Source: Camelus dromedarius
Taxonomy: Eukaryota
Assembly: GCF_036321535.1 (NCBI RefSeq)
Contig: NC_087436.1
Location: 42,286,001 to 42,350,000, forward strand
Reading direction: 5' to 3'
Length of the DNA: 64,000 bases
Both the position numbers and the translations under genes were made by a program. This document shows, piece after piece, positions 25,372 to 38,400 of the stretch; the stretch's first letter is position 1; each line of letters begins with the position of its first letter. The notes below the pieces were generated by a model that was not told the origin of the DNA, did not search any database, and was given only the letters and a program-made list of their open reading frames with translations.

Positions 25372-26040
25372 CCTGAAAAAATATATGAAACAGTAGTTTT
25401 TGGACACTGGACAGCAGGCAGTATAAAACTGACTGGTGATAGAAGAGTGACATTCATTTGTCTCACCTTATTGCCTAGAAAACTCTGCCAGGCCACAACA
25501 TAGAGACAGGGAACACAAATAGAACCTGGCAATCTTACAGACTAGTAGAGAAAGAAAATAGTGTTTGAGGAGGCCAAGAAGCTAGAATTTTGTGTCAGAG
25601 TATCAGAGAGGTTGGAACTGCACACAAAGAGCTCTGGAGATCTGTATAAGGATTTCCTTGAATCTATGCATAAGCTCTGATTGGTACGTTTGCGAGAAGA
25701 AACTTCCCAAGACTGAAGAAAGAATCACCAAGAAGTAACAGGTCAATTAATTTCTGGAGCATAACAGACTGGGGATATTTTATGTTATTACCTGACAGCA
25801 ATCAGAATCATACCATATGCAATGTATCTCATCCAATAAAAAGCAACAAGCATGCAAAGAAGCGAGACTGTATCATCAATAACTTGGGAGGGGGAAGTCA
25901 GTGAAGATCCCACAAAAAAACTCAGGCAGTACAATTAAAAGTTAAGAATATTAAGGCTGCTCTTATAAATATGCACCATATGTTCAAGAAGGTAAGAGAA
26001 CAGAGTTATAATAAGGAGAGAAATGGAAAATATAAATAGA
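25372..26040 (+). mobile_element. Old L1 5' UTR/ORF1-proximal fragment (L1MC/L1MD-like)
   Basis: AAAATATATGAAACAGTAGTTTTTGGACACTGGAC...GAGGCCAAGAAGCTAGAATTTTGTG...ATAAATATGCACCATATGTTCAAGAAGGTA. Confidence 0.65.
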
Positions 26041-26064
26041 TCCGAAGTAGGAAGAATCCCTGAC

Positions 26065-26625
26065 TTAGCCAGCCATCAGCAGAAACTGTTCCCCAGGGGA
26101 ATCAGCTAGGTCTCTGGTCACAGAGTGTATTGGATCTTCTCTAATATGGAGAGACAGAAAATCGGCTTTACAAAGGTAGTCATGGATTCTGACTGTTGGT
26201 AGGCTATTTTCATCCACAGTCCTTATGCCACAACACCATCTATGGACTTACAGAAAGCCACATCCAGTATCTCAACAGCATCAGTTCTAACCAAACCAAC
26301 CATCTATAGCAAAAGAAGTATACAATTGAGTCATACTTATGGAATTTGGTAGACTTACTAAATTTCCCAATACCTAGTACTAATCTACTTGACTTGGCAG
26401 AATAGCCTACTCATGTTTAGCAATTGTACCAGTTGGGGAAAGTGGAAAGAATAAGATTAACATATTGGTAACAAGGAGGTCTGTATTAGACATATATGGA
26501 GGACTATTCCCTATAAAGTTCATATATGCTCCTACAGGATGCAATATATGCCCTAAAGGAGCAACAAGTACATAAGTGCCATTTCCTCCATCAGAATTAT
26601 TAAATCCAGGATGAAGGAATGTCAG
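26065..26625 (+). mobile_element. ERVL internal fragment (integrase region), decayed
   Basis: CACCATCTATGGACTTACAGAA...AGCAAAAGAAGTATACAATTGAGTCATACTTATGGAATT...CAGGATGCAATATATGCCCTAAA resembles ERVL pol IN. No open frame. Confidence 0.65.
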
Positions 26626-29520
26626 TAAAACTCAGGAACAAAAAGGTAAATAATTTTTCCAAGGACAGACTGCAATTAAGTTGAGGCACTGGGATATGAA
26701 CCTAAACCTGCCCATAGCCCAATCTCTTAACTGGATCTCTGAAATTATATTTATTCATCTACATTTATTAGCATTTATGGATATAAACCCCAACTTTTTC
26801 AAAGGTCTCCATAAATCATTTTATATAGAAATGTCCTTTTTTTATTACATAGTCAATAATTATTTGTTCTTTTGATTTGGCTTTAATAACTAATACCACT
26901 CTCAGTCTTATTTGACACAAATTAGAGATAACCTGTAGAGACTAACAGCTATTTTGCTTTTAATGATGCCTTTAATATGCAGAGGAAAGTGAAACTTTGA
27001 AAAACTATCTTTTAGATCTATTTTCTATGGTTAATTTTCTTTAGAGTATTTAAGACCTGTCTGCTGAAATGTCAGATTTTAGGCTTTATTCAATTGACAG
27101 CATTTTATGAATGGTAACTTTAACAAATGTATCTAACCTTAAACAATCTTTCTTTGCACTTTGAAATTATGAAACATGTACCCCAAAGTGATGGTTTGAT
27201 TATCATTATGTTAACAAGTTAATAAATGTAATTACCCAAGGGAAAACTGATTGTAGATCATTGGCCATTTTTATTTAGAGGCTACTTTTCTTGAATGTTC
27301 ATTCTATAAGTATAAAGGTAACAATTATTACTCTATTATGAAACAAAGTCGTCATGTTCTCTAACTTACAGCTTATCACATAGAACAATACCAGGCATAT
27401 AGTAGATGTTCAGTAATTTTTAAGAAATGAATAAGTGGTTCATATCTTTTATAATGATTCTCATTATTTTCATATTTTGATAAGAAGCAGGTATTATTCT
27501 GTTGGGGCCTAAGGTTGTTGCATCAAAACTGGTCACTTACTTTTCAGTAGAACATTTATTACTAAGAATCTTTCAGGAAGGCAGCTGTTTACTTTTTCAT
27601 CGGCTCAATGTTTTTTATGTTACCTCAGGGGAAAAACAGCAATATCCCAAACTAAAACATTCTTATGACCAGACCTCTTTAACTAAGCCAAAATTCTCTC
27701 TAACTCATGTTATATTCAAAATTCACATAGTCAAGTACAGTGTGTTTTTACCCCTTGGATTTTCAAGATAATATCAACTCAGTTGTAATGGTGTCCAATA
27801 GGAAAGCTCCCCATGGAGTACAGGCTGGCATGGGCTCTTCCATCATCTCTACAGATGAGTAGAAACAGAATTTGAATCTGTCTTTTAACAGGTTGTACAG
27901 GTATTTGTTCATCACACATTATTGTAATATGATGGCATTTTCATTTTCAAGGCTAGTTTGTGTTTTGTTTCCTTTCAGAATTTAAAAATCAGTGGAAGCA
28001 AGCCAGTTTTTTTTCCCCCAACAAATCTTGCATAGGAAAAGGGAAGAAAGGGCATTTATAAGTATACAATATTTAAATAAGATGATTAATCATTTGGAGT
28101 ACACAAGAAAGTTCCAGGATACAATAAATATATTGATACTCTCTTTCATTCATCAGGGTATTTCTAAAAGTATTACAACAAGCAAATAAAAAAAAATATT
28201 AAAGAACAAGAATAATTTTAAATGGATCCCAGCAGGTAAAAATCATAAAAAAAATTAAATAGGTTTTGGATTTATGTTTCTTTATATGGTAGATGGTTTC
28301 AATATCACCAAAACTTAATAAAAGTTTCCCTTTCCACTTATTAAAAGTGACTTAATTTAAAAGATATTTACATCATTTACAGAACTGTTACATTTTAAGA
28401 AAAATTGTTCACTTTTGTAAACTTGAAAAGAATTACATTTATAACTTTGAAAAGAATTACATGACAAAGAAAAAACCAGATACTACAGATTTTTAAAAGT
28501 ACTCTTGGGCTGTTCTTTACTTGTTTAGTAACCTTTGTTTTGATTTAGCAGTATTGATGTAAAGTAACTGAAACAAACAGCTAATAACATGGAAGCGGTA
28601 TCAGGTAAGCTATCTGAGCTTGTTATTAATTGTTAATTGTCTTCTGATCCTTAAACTAGATACCTAAACTGAATAGATCACTATCAGCAAGAGATGCAAA
28701 TTATATGTGTAGGTGCCCAAACACAAGTGGATTACTAAATATTTTATTGCTTTCTTAAGTGTCACTGAAGAATTCTACATAATTTTCCTTATAATCTAAA
28801 AGAGGTAGTGTCAACATATTTGTCCTATTATAAAAAAATTAGAACTTATCTCAGATAGAATTTTACTGAGTGTTTGTCTCAGAAAACTAGCCAGAGATTG
28901 CATTAGATATATTTTCTTAAGGTAGATGAGAATTGGGGGAAATATATTCTACTGTTTGTGATAATAAAGTATCAATAATCTTCCATTCCAACCTCATTTT
29001 AGCCTATGCATGTTATATTTATGGCGGACTTAACAATTTACTTACTTTTCCCTCTAAATACCTAGCATTCTCATATCTCATATATTTGCCTGCATTCTTA
29101 TGACAATGTTTTCTCCCAACATCTGTGTTGCCTGACAAATCCTCTCTCTTCTAGCTAAAAGTATTTCTTCTTTGAAGCCTGCCCTGATCCTCATAGATAG
29201 AAATGACCTTTCCCTCCCTTCTTTGAATTCGTATGATGCTTTGATACTACTTTTACGGCATGAGTCTCATTCTGTTGTATAATGCAGTTAGCATTTCAGA
29301 ACTCAAAATTACCGTAATAAACTAGAGAACCTATTGGAAATGAAATCCAACAGGTAGAATTCAAAGTGTTTCACATAAGGGAGAAAAAAAACAAGAAGTA
29401 AATATAGCACATATAATAGTAATAAAGTAACAGAATATGAATGGAAGATGGCCAGGCTGTCATATCTGGGTGTGTTTTTATCTCATAATCAGAGAAGTTG
29501 ATTAAGAAACACCCATTATG

Positions 29521-29802
29521 TAAAAGAGGTCAGAAATTACAAACTTCCGGTTATAAAACAAATCCTGGTGATGTACAGCATGTGACTATAGTTAATGATA
29601 CTCTATTGTATATTTAAAAGCTGTTGAGAGTAGATCTTAAAAGTTCTCATCACAAGAAAATAATGTTTGTAACTATGTGTGGTGATGAATGTGAATTAGA
29701 ATTACTGTGATGATCCTTTCACAAGACATACAAATATCAAATCATTGTATTGTACACCTGAAACAAATACAATGTTATACATCAATTACATCTCAAGGAA
29801 AA
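29521..29802 (+). mobile_element. 5'-truncated L1 3' UTR (L1MA9/laurasiatherian-type)
   Basis: GAGAGTAGATCTTAAAAGTTCTCATCACAAG...TGTACACCTGAAAC, with 18-bp TSD TAAGAAACA(C/T)CCATTATG at 29503-29520 and 29803-29820. Confidence 0.9.
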
Positions 29803-31609
29803 TAAGAAACATCCATTATGGAGGCTGGGAACTATGAGGGGGAAAAAGGGTGAGAGGAAACTTTTTTAAGACGTAAAAAAGGGATTTGTGCAACAAGTGA
29901 TGATTCATTATACTTCAGTGAATGAAGAAAAGTGAGGAATTTTCCTGAGAATTAAGTCTTTTAGAAATAGTTATTATTTATTAATGGAAGGAAATCCTGG
30001 TGTCACCTCCTACCAAAATTTTTAATAAGTATAGAATTCTATTTTTCTCAAACATTTTAATGAATTCTGTTTGAAAAGGAAAAGTGACCCTGTAAGAAAC
30101 CAACTTCATAAGTACAGCCACAATCAACTGTGTGTTCCTTTTCACTGACGTTTTCCACACAGAGCCTCAGACCCAATATTACTGAACTTAAAAAGTACAA
30201 TAAAATTCTACATAATTTGAAAGCTAAGAAAATAGTGTCAATTTACTTCTTTGGTAAAGGGTTAAACAGAAAGTCTTAAGGAAGATTACGTCACCTTTTT
30301 TCATTGTTGAAATTTTTTCCAAAACTTATCAGAACAATTTATATTTCACAGTATACAGCCTTTGAACATCACTTCATTTTCACCAAAGCTTTAGGAACTT
30401 GCAGGGCATTGGGTTAGTAACACTAATGCTAAAGTCCTGTATTTTTTGGCAGTGTGTATTTAGGTATGACTTCTGTTTAAACGATGGGGTTAGGCACGTT
30501 GTGGTCCACATTATGAAGCATTGATCCTACTGACCATTCCATCGTTGCCTTAGGCCACACATACTCTTCTAGAAAAGTCCATATTTAAAAGTGACAGAAC
30601 TGCGGCAGATCACTGAATGGAGTCTTCAGTTTTACCCTTCCTGTAGGAGATACTGTCTACAAATAGGAAATTCTGGAGATACTATTGACCTGCTAGATTT
30701 GGCATGAGTGTGTGCAGGGGGAGTAAATCTGCTGACAAGTTCAGCTTCCCGCACTCATCTGATCTGAGGAGACACTGAGTCAACAGAATAGAATTCCAAT
30801 AGCTTCCCTACTGCAAAGCTGACGCCCTTCAGAGTGATACCTTTGACCTCTGGGGCTTATTCAACTGCTTTAGGAAAGTGATAGGCTGAGCAATAAAAAT
30901 AGGATACTGTCCGATATGCAGAGGGGAAAAAAAAAGTTTGACTTAGCCTAAAACAGTGCAGTACATTTTCAAAAAATTTTAATCTGTTTTACTTTCATTT
31001 CTGGGCATATCTGTGTAAAATTAAACCTGCTTGGAAACAACCATTTTACCGCAGTTTGTTTTAGGGTATCTGACTCCTCTCCCTAGTCTCCTTCTCTCCT
31101 ATAAAACCATGAAGGGTTTAAAAATGTCTCATCTCTCTGAAACACACAATATGAAAAGAGGTGGGAAAAATTAGAACTCCTCTGAATTGCCAGTAAATCT
31201 AGCTTCTATTCACTCATTCATACATTCACTGACATCTGCTCTCAGGAACTCCAAAGCTAGGAATTGAGTCTAAATAAATGAACACACCTTGACCTTTTCC
31301 CAGGCATGGGTACTAGCATTCACTTTTACAAGTGGCAGGTAGTTTATGTGTTTGAAAATCACATTTGGTAAAAGCCCATTTCACAACAGCTTAGGACAAT
31401 GGTCTACTCCTATCTTTTGATTTTTACCTATGAAAAAATTAAAGGGAATGACTTTATAAGGCTACTACTAAGTAATTAGCAGAGGGAAGACTTATAGAGT
31501 ATCTTAGAGGATTTTGAAGTTAGGTTAAATAATCATAACACCATTTCAGTAATAGATTTCTATGAAATTATAGGACTATTACATTTTATGTTCATTTTCT
31601 ATAGCAGTC

Positions 31610-33560
31610 TAGTTATTCATTCTAATATTATTCAAGCACTATGACATGGGCACTATGCTAGTCAGGCAAACTACAATTTTGACCAAACATGGTTCCTGTG
31701 TGTTTCTCAAGGGATACAGACAAACAGGAAGTTACAAAGTGGTATATAGTAGGTGCTCCATAATATACAGACTGTGATCATATGGAAAAGAGCTGGCTGA
31801 GGAGAATCTGAGGCATCACAAAGGCCCCAGAGAAAATTTGTGTGTATTTTGGCTACAGAACCACATTCTTGGAATGTGACATGTGATTTGTGAGGAAATG
31901 AAGAGACTATATATAAATTATGCTTTTAAGAAATTTTGTTAAGCAAATAAACAAAAGAAAAATGAGTCTGTGTTATAATGATGGGTGTCAAGGAGGGAGT
32001 CCCCCACTCCACCCCCCATCGAATGGAGAAGATGAAAATATTTATATACCATAAGAAGGAATCTAACACATAAAGAGAGAATTCATGGAGCAAAACTCCT
32101 TTGGAAATGGGATGCACTGGATCCAGATCATTGGCCACTCTTTCTAAAAAAGAAAATAAGATAATGGTAAGGAATACACACTTGACACCCAAATATAAAA
32201 CAGTTGCTGGCTAACAGAAAGCCAGGTTAGGCGGGGAGTAAGATGAGAGAGGTGAAGGCTGTCTTGGTTCTTGTGGGAGCTGGAAAATGGAGAAGAAATG
32301 TCAGAAGCAGCTGACCAAGAAGGCTTTTTTTTTTTTTTTTTAAATTTTTACAGAAAGACTAGCTGAGATGAGAAAGCATGCATTTTTAGTGCCAATGATA
32401 AAGCTCAGCAATGCTGATCAGGTGAGAGGAATACTAATGGTTTGGGCATCTGCAGGTCAGTGGAGAAGAAACACATGGGATGAAGGGTTTAGGAAGGCTG
32501 CAGAGAAAGCATGGGAAGTTATGAACATCAAACTGCCCAAAGTATAGAGAAAAACGTCAACCCAGGGGAAAAAGAGGGGGACTAAAAGGTCTCAATTCAG
32601 TCAGAGACTGCAGACACTTGGGAGAAGGAACTGAGAAAGCCAGAAGGGAAGGGGTTAGATGAATAAAGCGGTAGTCGGATATTAAAATTCCTGGGATGGG
32701 AATTTTCAGATGGTAACGTCCACTGTGTCATCTTGAAGTGTATATTGAACCACAGTAAAGGAGAAAGTGACTGGATTTGAAGATCAAATAAATAGTGTGA
32801 CGGGGGTTAGATGGACCTCTGCTTCCATACGGAAATCTTCCAGAAGAATGGAGAAAAATGAAGTGGAAAAAGAATGTAAGCTGTGAGTAAAACCCCTCAA
32901 GGAATATGGGGAAGGATCGATTTGCCAGAAAAATGACAAAAAGGGGGTCATTTATAGAGGGTGGTAAATTTGGTTACTACAAACTTTAAAGGATGAAAAG
33001 TTTTTTCTTGCATGTGCATAGAAAAGTAATAATCTAATAGACTCATGGACATAGAAAACAAACTGTGGTTAACAGAGGGGGAAAGGGGCAGGGAGGGATA
33101 GATAAGGAGTTTGGGATTAACAGATACACATTACTATGTATAAAATAGATAAACAACAAGGACCTACTGTATAGCACAGGAAACTATATTCAATTTCTTG
33201 TAATGAGCAACAATGCAAAAGAAACTGAAAAAATATATATGTATCCATGTATATATATAACTGAATCACTTTGCTGTCCGCCTGAAACTAACATTGTAAA
33301 TCGACTACACTTCAATAAAAAATATGGGTTAAAAAAAAGAGAGAGAAAAGTAATGATCTAGAAGTGCCAAAGAAACTAGGAGAATGTTTCAATTGCTTTA
33401 GGAATTTGGGGTGTAAGAGAATAAGCAAGCCTGTTCTTGAAAGGAGTACAGTGAAGTCAGGTGTTTGGAAGTCAGCCAGGTTTCAGTTGAGGCACATAGG
33501 AGAAATATATCGAGAATCTGTCATAGACTTCCATTTGGAATATTACACTATGTACTTAGA
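31610..33560 (-). mobile_element. Long decayed L2, interrupted by an L1 insertion
   Basis: Antisense L2 3' end at ~31610 (TTATTCAAGCACTATGACATGGGCACTATGCTAG) and a purine-rich L2-like body through ~33550. Limits approximate. Confidence 0.5.
33037..33343 (+). mobile_element. 5'-truncated cetartiodactyl-type L1 3' end
   Basis: AGACTCATGGACATAGAAAACAAAC...CTACTGTATAGCACAGG...AATAAA and poly-A, with TSD AGAAAAGTAAT(A/G)ATCTA at 33020-33036 and 33344-33360. Confidence 0.9.
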
Positions 33561-34486
33561 TTTTCAAAGAGGACCATTTAAAAAACTTCTGGTGCCTTTT
33601 CAAGGTGATTTCTTAAGGACAGGAAGTGCAAATGCACATGTTTATCTCTGTCTCTTGTGCCCAAATAGGCATCTGTGTACTCTAAGCTCCTTGAGATACG
33701 AGACTGAGATAAGGATTTGTTGAATCCTCAGTATCCAATAGACACCTTAATCAAAACTTGTCCTTGTCATATTGTAGGTGACTGTCACATAGTTATGGAA
33801 TGACCATATTGTCTAGGACACAGTACAAAGCCTTGTTCATGTTTGCTTCTTGTCTGTTCTTACCTTTGAAGAATATAAGGGTGAAATAAAGGTACCCAAA
33901 GAGAAGTTTTTCCCAGCTTGTGCATCTAAAAAACTTGTCTGAGATCATCTCTTTAAATAATTAAATTAGTGAAAGGAGATATTTTCTTTTTGAAATGGGT
34001 AACCATTTTTTTAACCTATGAGAGATTTCATTTCTGTTTATATTATGGTATAATTCATGGATTTTTATTTTAATGAAAAAAGTCCATTCAAAAAACTATC
34101 ATTTTTATTTCAAGTCCTCTTTAAGTAGATACCTAAATATCATCCAGTCTCACAGTGGACATCTATATTTTTCTCTTATGCTTATAGGCATTCTGTGTTT
34201 AGTGTCACATATGAACATAATTCAAGTTAAGTCTAACAGTGCTGCAACAGTAACTTTTGAACACTTCCCTAAACATCCTTAAAAAATCTAAAAGTCAACA
34301 TCACCATCAGTGAAAGTCCTAATAAATTCTAGGTTGCATGTGAAGCATTTTGCAGTTGATAATTTCATGTGTTTAGAATAATGCAGATAAATTTAGTCAT
34401 TGGATATTTTCCCCATAACTAGGCTATTAAATTATTCATCATTCTCTTCCACATGCTTACATTTAACTTCACCAAGAGTACAAATG

Positions 34487-34972
34487 GATTTTAGACAATG
34501 GAATACTACTCAGCCATAAAAACCGACAACATAATGCCATTTGCAGCAACATGGATGCTCCTGGAGAATGTCATTCTAAGTGAAGTAAGCCAGAAGGAGA
34601 AAGAAAACTACCATATGAGATCGCTCATATGTGGAATCTAAAACAAAAAACAAAAAAACAAAAAGCAAACAAAGCATAAATACAGAACAGAAATAGACTC
34701 ATAGACATAGAATACAGACTTGTGGTTGCCAAGGGGGCAGAGGGTGGGAAGAGATAGACTGGGATTTCAAAATTGTAGACTAGATAAACAAGATTATACT
34801 GTATAGCACAGTGAAATATATACAAGATCTATGGTAGCTCACAGAGAAAGGAATGTGACAATGAATATATATATGTTCATGTATAATTGAAAAATTGTGC
34901 TCTACACTGGAATTTGACACAACATTGTAAAATGATTATAAATCAATAAAAAATGTTAAAAAAAGAAAAAAA
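34487..34972 (+). mobile_element. Young camelid-type L1 3' end
   Basis: ACAATGGAATACTACTCAGCCATAAAAA...GCAGCAACATGGATG...AATAAA and poly-A, with TSD AAGAGTAC(A/C)AATG at 34474-34486 and 34973-34985. Confidence 0.9.
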
Positions 34973-35337
34973 AAGAGTACCAATGATATCATTCACTTAA
35001 TGTGAATTTATGTAAATATTTACCCTACTAATACAAACACCTGCCTCCTTAGACTCATTTTGAGTTCATGTGTTAATTTTCAAATATTCAATATTTATAG
35101 ACTGCCTACAATGCACAAAGTAGTGTATAGATTTTTGCTAGGACATTAGGATTAAATTGACATCAGATACAAAAAGTTGGGTTCATATATAAGACACACT
35201 GTTTGTTTATAAAACTGCAGAGGCCCATTACAGAATACTTCAATGATTATCTGTATCTTTTTAATTACCACAAACAGTTCTGAGAACGATATATAAAAAT
35301 ATCATTTCTTTTGAGTGCTGACAAACTTTGTTCTTTT

Positions 35338-35447
35338 TTTTTAATTGAAGTATATAGTCAGTTATAATATGTCAATTTCTGGTATGCAGCACAATGTCCC
35401 AGTCATACATACGCATACATATATTCGTTTTCATATTCTTTTTCATT
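35338..35447 (-). mobile_element. Young 5'-truncated L1 3' end
   Basis: Poly-T followed by TAATTGAAGTATATAGTCAG, with imperfect TSD AAACTTTGTTCTTTT/AAAGTTTGTCCTTTT. Confidence 0.8.
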
Positions 35448-36158
35448 AAAGTTTGTCCTTTTGGATTTCTCCATTCTCTTATTTCACTAAATTGTGCTCT
35501 TATTATGCTATTGTATTCCCTTGAACTTGGCAGGATGCATTATGCAAATAAGTGCCTGCTTCTTATGTATCAGCAAATGAGATCTCCAGAATGTCTGTGT
35601 TTACTTACTCATTAAAGTTAACCCCAAGCAAATAAGAGAGCACACTAACTTTCACTGTAAGATAGATGTCAAGAGGTGTTTTATATTCTTTCATACACGG
35701 TTCCCATTATAAATGTGACAATTAAAATGTTTTAAGTATATACCCTGATACGTTGAAAGATTGAGTGTTATCCAAAGAAACGCTTCTTAAACAAATCCAT
35801 TGACCTCATTGAGATTCACCACAGAGAAGGCATTTATTGCTACTGATGAAAGTCATGAGTGCCTAAGGTTACATTTTAAGTAACCATGAAATTGTTAATA
35901 CAACTCCAGAGCATATCCTATAGGCAACAAATTCTACTGAGTTGTATAATTAATAGGATACAGACTGCAGGCTGGGACAGATATGAGTACAAATGAGTTC
36001 CAGTGGTTGGGCAAATGACAACACTACCTTCTGGAGACTGCACTGCCTCACCTGCAAAATGCATGTAATATTACGTATTTTATAGTTTTGTGCTAGTTTT
36101 CTTTCTATTTCCTATGTTTGAATATCTATTAATTTAAAATTAATTTGATAAAAATATT

Positions 36159-36681
36159 TGCAATAGGGAATGACATTCCACCAGAAATGACCAAGTCCTA
36201 ATCTCTGGAGCCTGTGGATAATGTTAAATTACATGGCAAAAGGGTCTGAAGGCTGCTCACCAACAACCTTTAAATAGGGAGATTATTTTGGATTATCCAG
36301 ATAAACCCAGTGTTACCATAAGGGTCTTTAAAAGTGGAAGAAAAAAGCAGAAGAGGAGAGTAAGAGAGAAGATTTGACAATGAAAGCAAGGTGAATGGTC
36401 TGACGTGAGAAAGACTTGACCTCTATGTTTGGCTTTGGAGATGGAGGAAGCGGTCCATGAGCCAAGGAACGCTGGTAAAAGCTAGAAAGCCCAAGGAAAC
36501 AGATTCTCACCTAGAGCTTCCAGAAGAGGGCATAGCTCTGCCTACATTTTGATTTTAGCCTGGTAAGATCTGTGTCAGACAGAACTGTTTGTCCTACAGA
36601 ACTGTGAGATAATAAATTTATGTTGTTTCAATTCAGTATGATTTTGATAATTTGTTACAGCAGCAATAAGAAACTAATACA
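36159..36681 (+). mobile_element. MaLR solo LTR (MLT1D-like)
   Basis: GTCCTAATCTCTGGAGCCTGTG...GGGAGATTATTTTGGATTATCCAG...AATAAA...TTTGTTACAGCAGCAATAAGAAACTAATACA. Confidence 0.85.
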
Positions 36682-37323
36682 ATGCTTAAATTTTGAGACT
36701 ATCTTTTAAACTAAGAAAACCAGCACTGCAAGAACTTGATATTTTTTCTACAGACTAGGTTTAAAAATTAATATTTAGAATATTATATTTTAATAAACTT
36801 ACTGAAATTGTTTTTAAAATATCTTTTTATTTAAAATTTTACTTCATACACTTTACAATTATACATTCACCTATATTTTAGCACTGTCTACACTGGATTT
36901 GTAACTTACAGCTTTATAAAGAAGGTTTAAATGTAAACGAAATATGAATAAAGCATGTCAATTATTTCCCAATAAAGATGAAAAATACTATTCTACATTT
37001 TAAAAAGTAAATTAAGTAAAAGTCATTTTACTAAACTTTATGAGGGAGGCCTGTAAAGCTTAAAATGGATACTCCATTACCGAGATGGAAGCTAAGAGTA
37101 TGTTATGGTTAATTCAAGCTAATATGAGTTATAGCCTGAGGGATTTAGCATTAAACATTGTAATTAAAATTATAATTATTGCAGTTGCTCTCATTGGTTA
37201 TTCTTTGGTGAAGATATGCATTAATAAACACTCTATAAGCTATCAAGTGCTTTTTATTTAGAAACAATGCTTAAAATTTTAATCTCCAAAGAAAATGATT
37301 ATAGGATTTAACAAGGTACAGGC

Positions 37324-37848
37324 TGAAGGAAACCAGAATGTCACCCCACAATATGCTACTTTGACATAAGGATTGTTTTGAGCTGAGGGCAAATGAGAAG
37401 CAGCAGATATAGGAGCTCTCTGCCCACCACCTATTTGCCTAAAGGCAGGACACACATTTTCAAAAGTATCCCTCCCCTCTACCAGGAAGGACAAAATTAA
37501 TCATCCGAGACAACCTGAGATCCTTATCCTGAAGACTGCCAGAAGAATCTATATGACAACCTTTACTGACTAGGATTTACCATCAGTTTCCCATATATTT
37601 ACTTTCCCACATTTTGCCACCCTTTGAAGCTTAAAATGACTCCTTTGTGCTATCATTTCTCTACAAATTTATTATCTCTGTAGCCTGAATAGCCTGAATT
37701 CTAAGCCACGTCTTTGAGTTACTCCCATGTGACACAGGCATGATGCACATGTTAATAAACTTGTTTTTCTCTTGTTAATTGGTCTTTTCTTATAGGACTC
37801 CAGCTGAGAATCTAAGATGGGGAGAAGAATAAATTTTCCTACTCTACA
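37324..37848 (+). mobile_element. ERV1 solo LTR (MER34-like) inserted into an L2
   Basis: TGAAGGAAACCAGAATGTCACCCCACAATATGC...AATAAA...CTCTACA, with TSD AGGC/AGGT. Confidence 0.8.
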
Positions 37849-38400
37849 AGGTTATCATGTCCTTGATAATAGTTTGATGTAGCAGTGGGGACAAAATATT
37901 CAATGTAATTTGTTCAAGAGAGAATAGGAGGAAGACGTGGAAATGCGGTGAGTATGGAGAATCTTTTTGAGGAGTTTTGCTCCAGTTATGAGCAGAGAGA
38001 TGGTGCAGAAGCTTGAAGATAGAGTGGAAACAAAAGAGGTTCTTTGGGGGTCTTTTTGCTCTTTATTTTAGGATCAGAGAAATAACAGTATGTTTGTATG
38101 CTGATGGTATTATGCCTTAGGGAGGAGCGGGAAACAATGCAGGAAACAGATGGGATAATTGCTGGAGCAATTGAGTGGGAGATGGGGGTGGGATGCTAGC
38201 TGGATGCATGTCAAGTTCTTTCATAGAACCAGGAGAAGCTTGAGTTTCAGAACACTGATTCAAGTAGATAGGCAGATAGAGTGGTGGAAGACTGTCCAGT
38301 CTCCTCTGACTGCTTCAATTCTCTCAGTGAAGTTGCTATTCATCAAGGATAATGTGCAAGTGAAAGGGCAAGGAAAATATAGATCTAAGACATGGTAACA
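37849..38400 (-). mobile_element. L2 fragment
   Basis: CTTTTTGAGGAGTTTTGCT...GAGAAATAACAGTATGTTTGTATGCTGATGG...TGACTGCTTCAATTCTCTCAGTGAAG. Confidence 0.65.

Noticed and set aside
33864..33925. Minus-strand exon-like segment with donor AAG|GTAAGA
   Set aside because: Open in all three frames with a short pyrimidine tract and no supporting homology. It shows how common chance exons are here.
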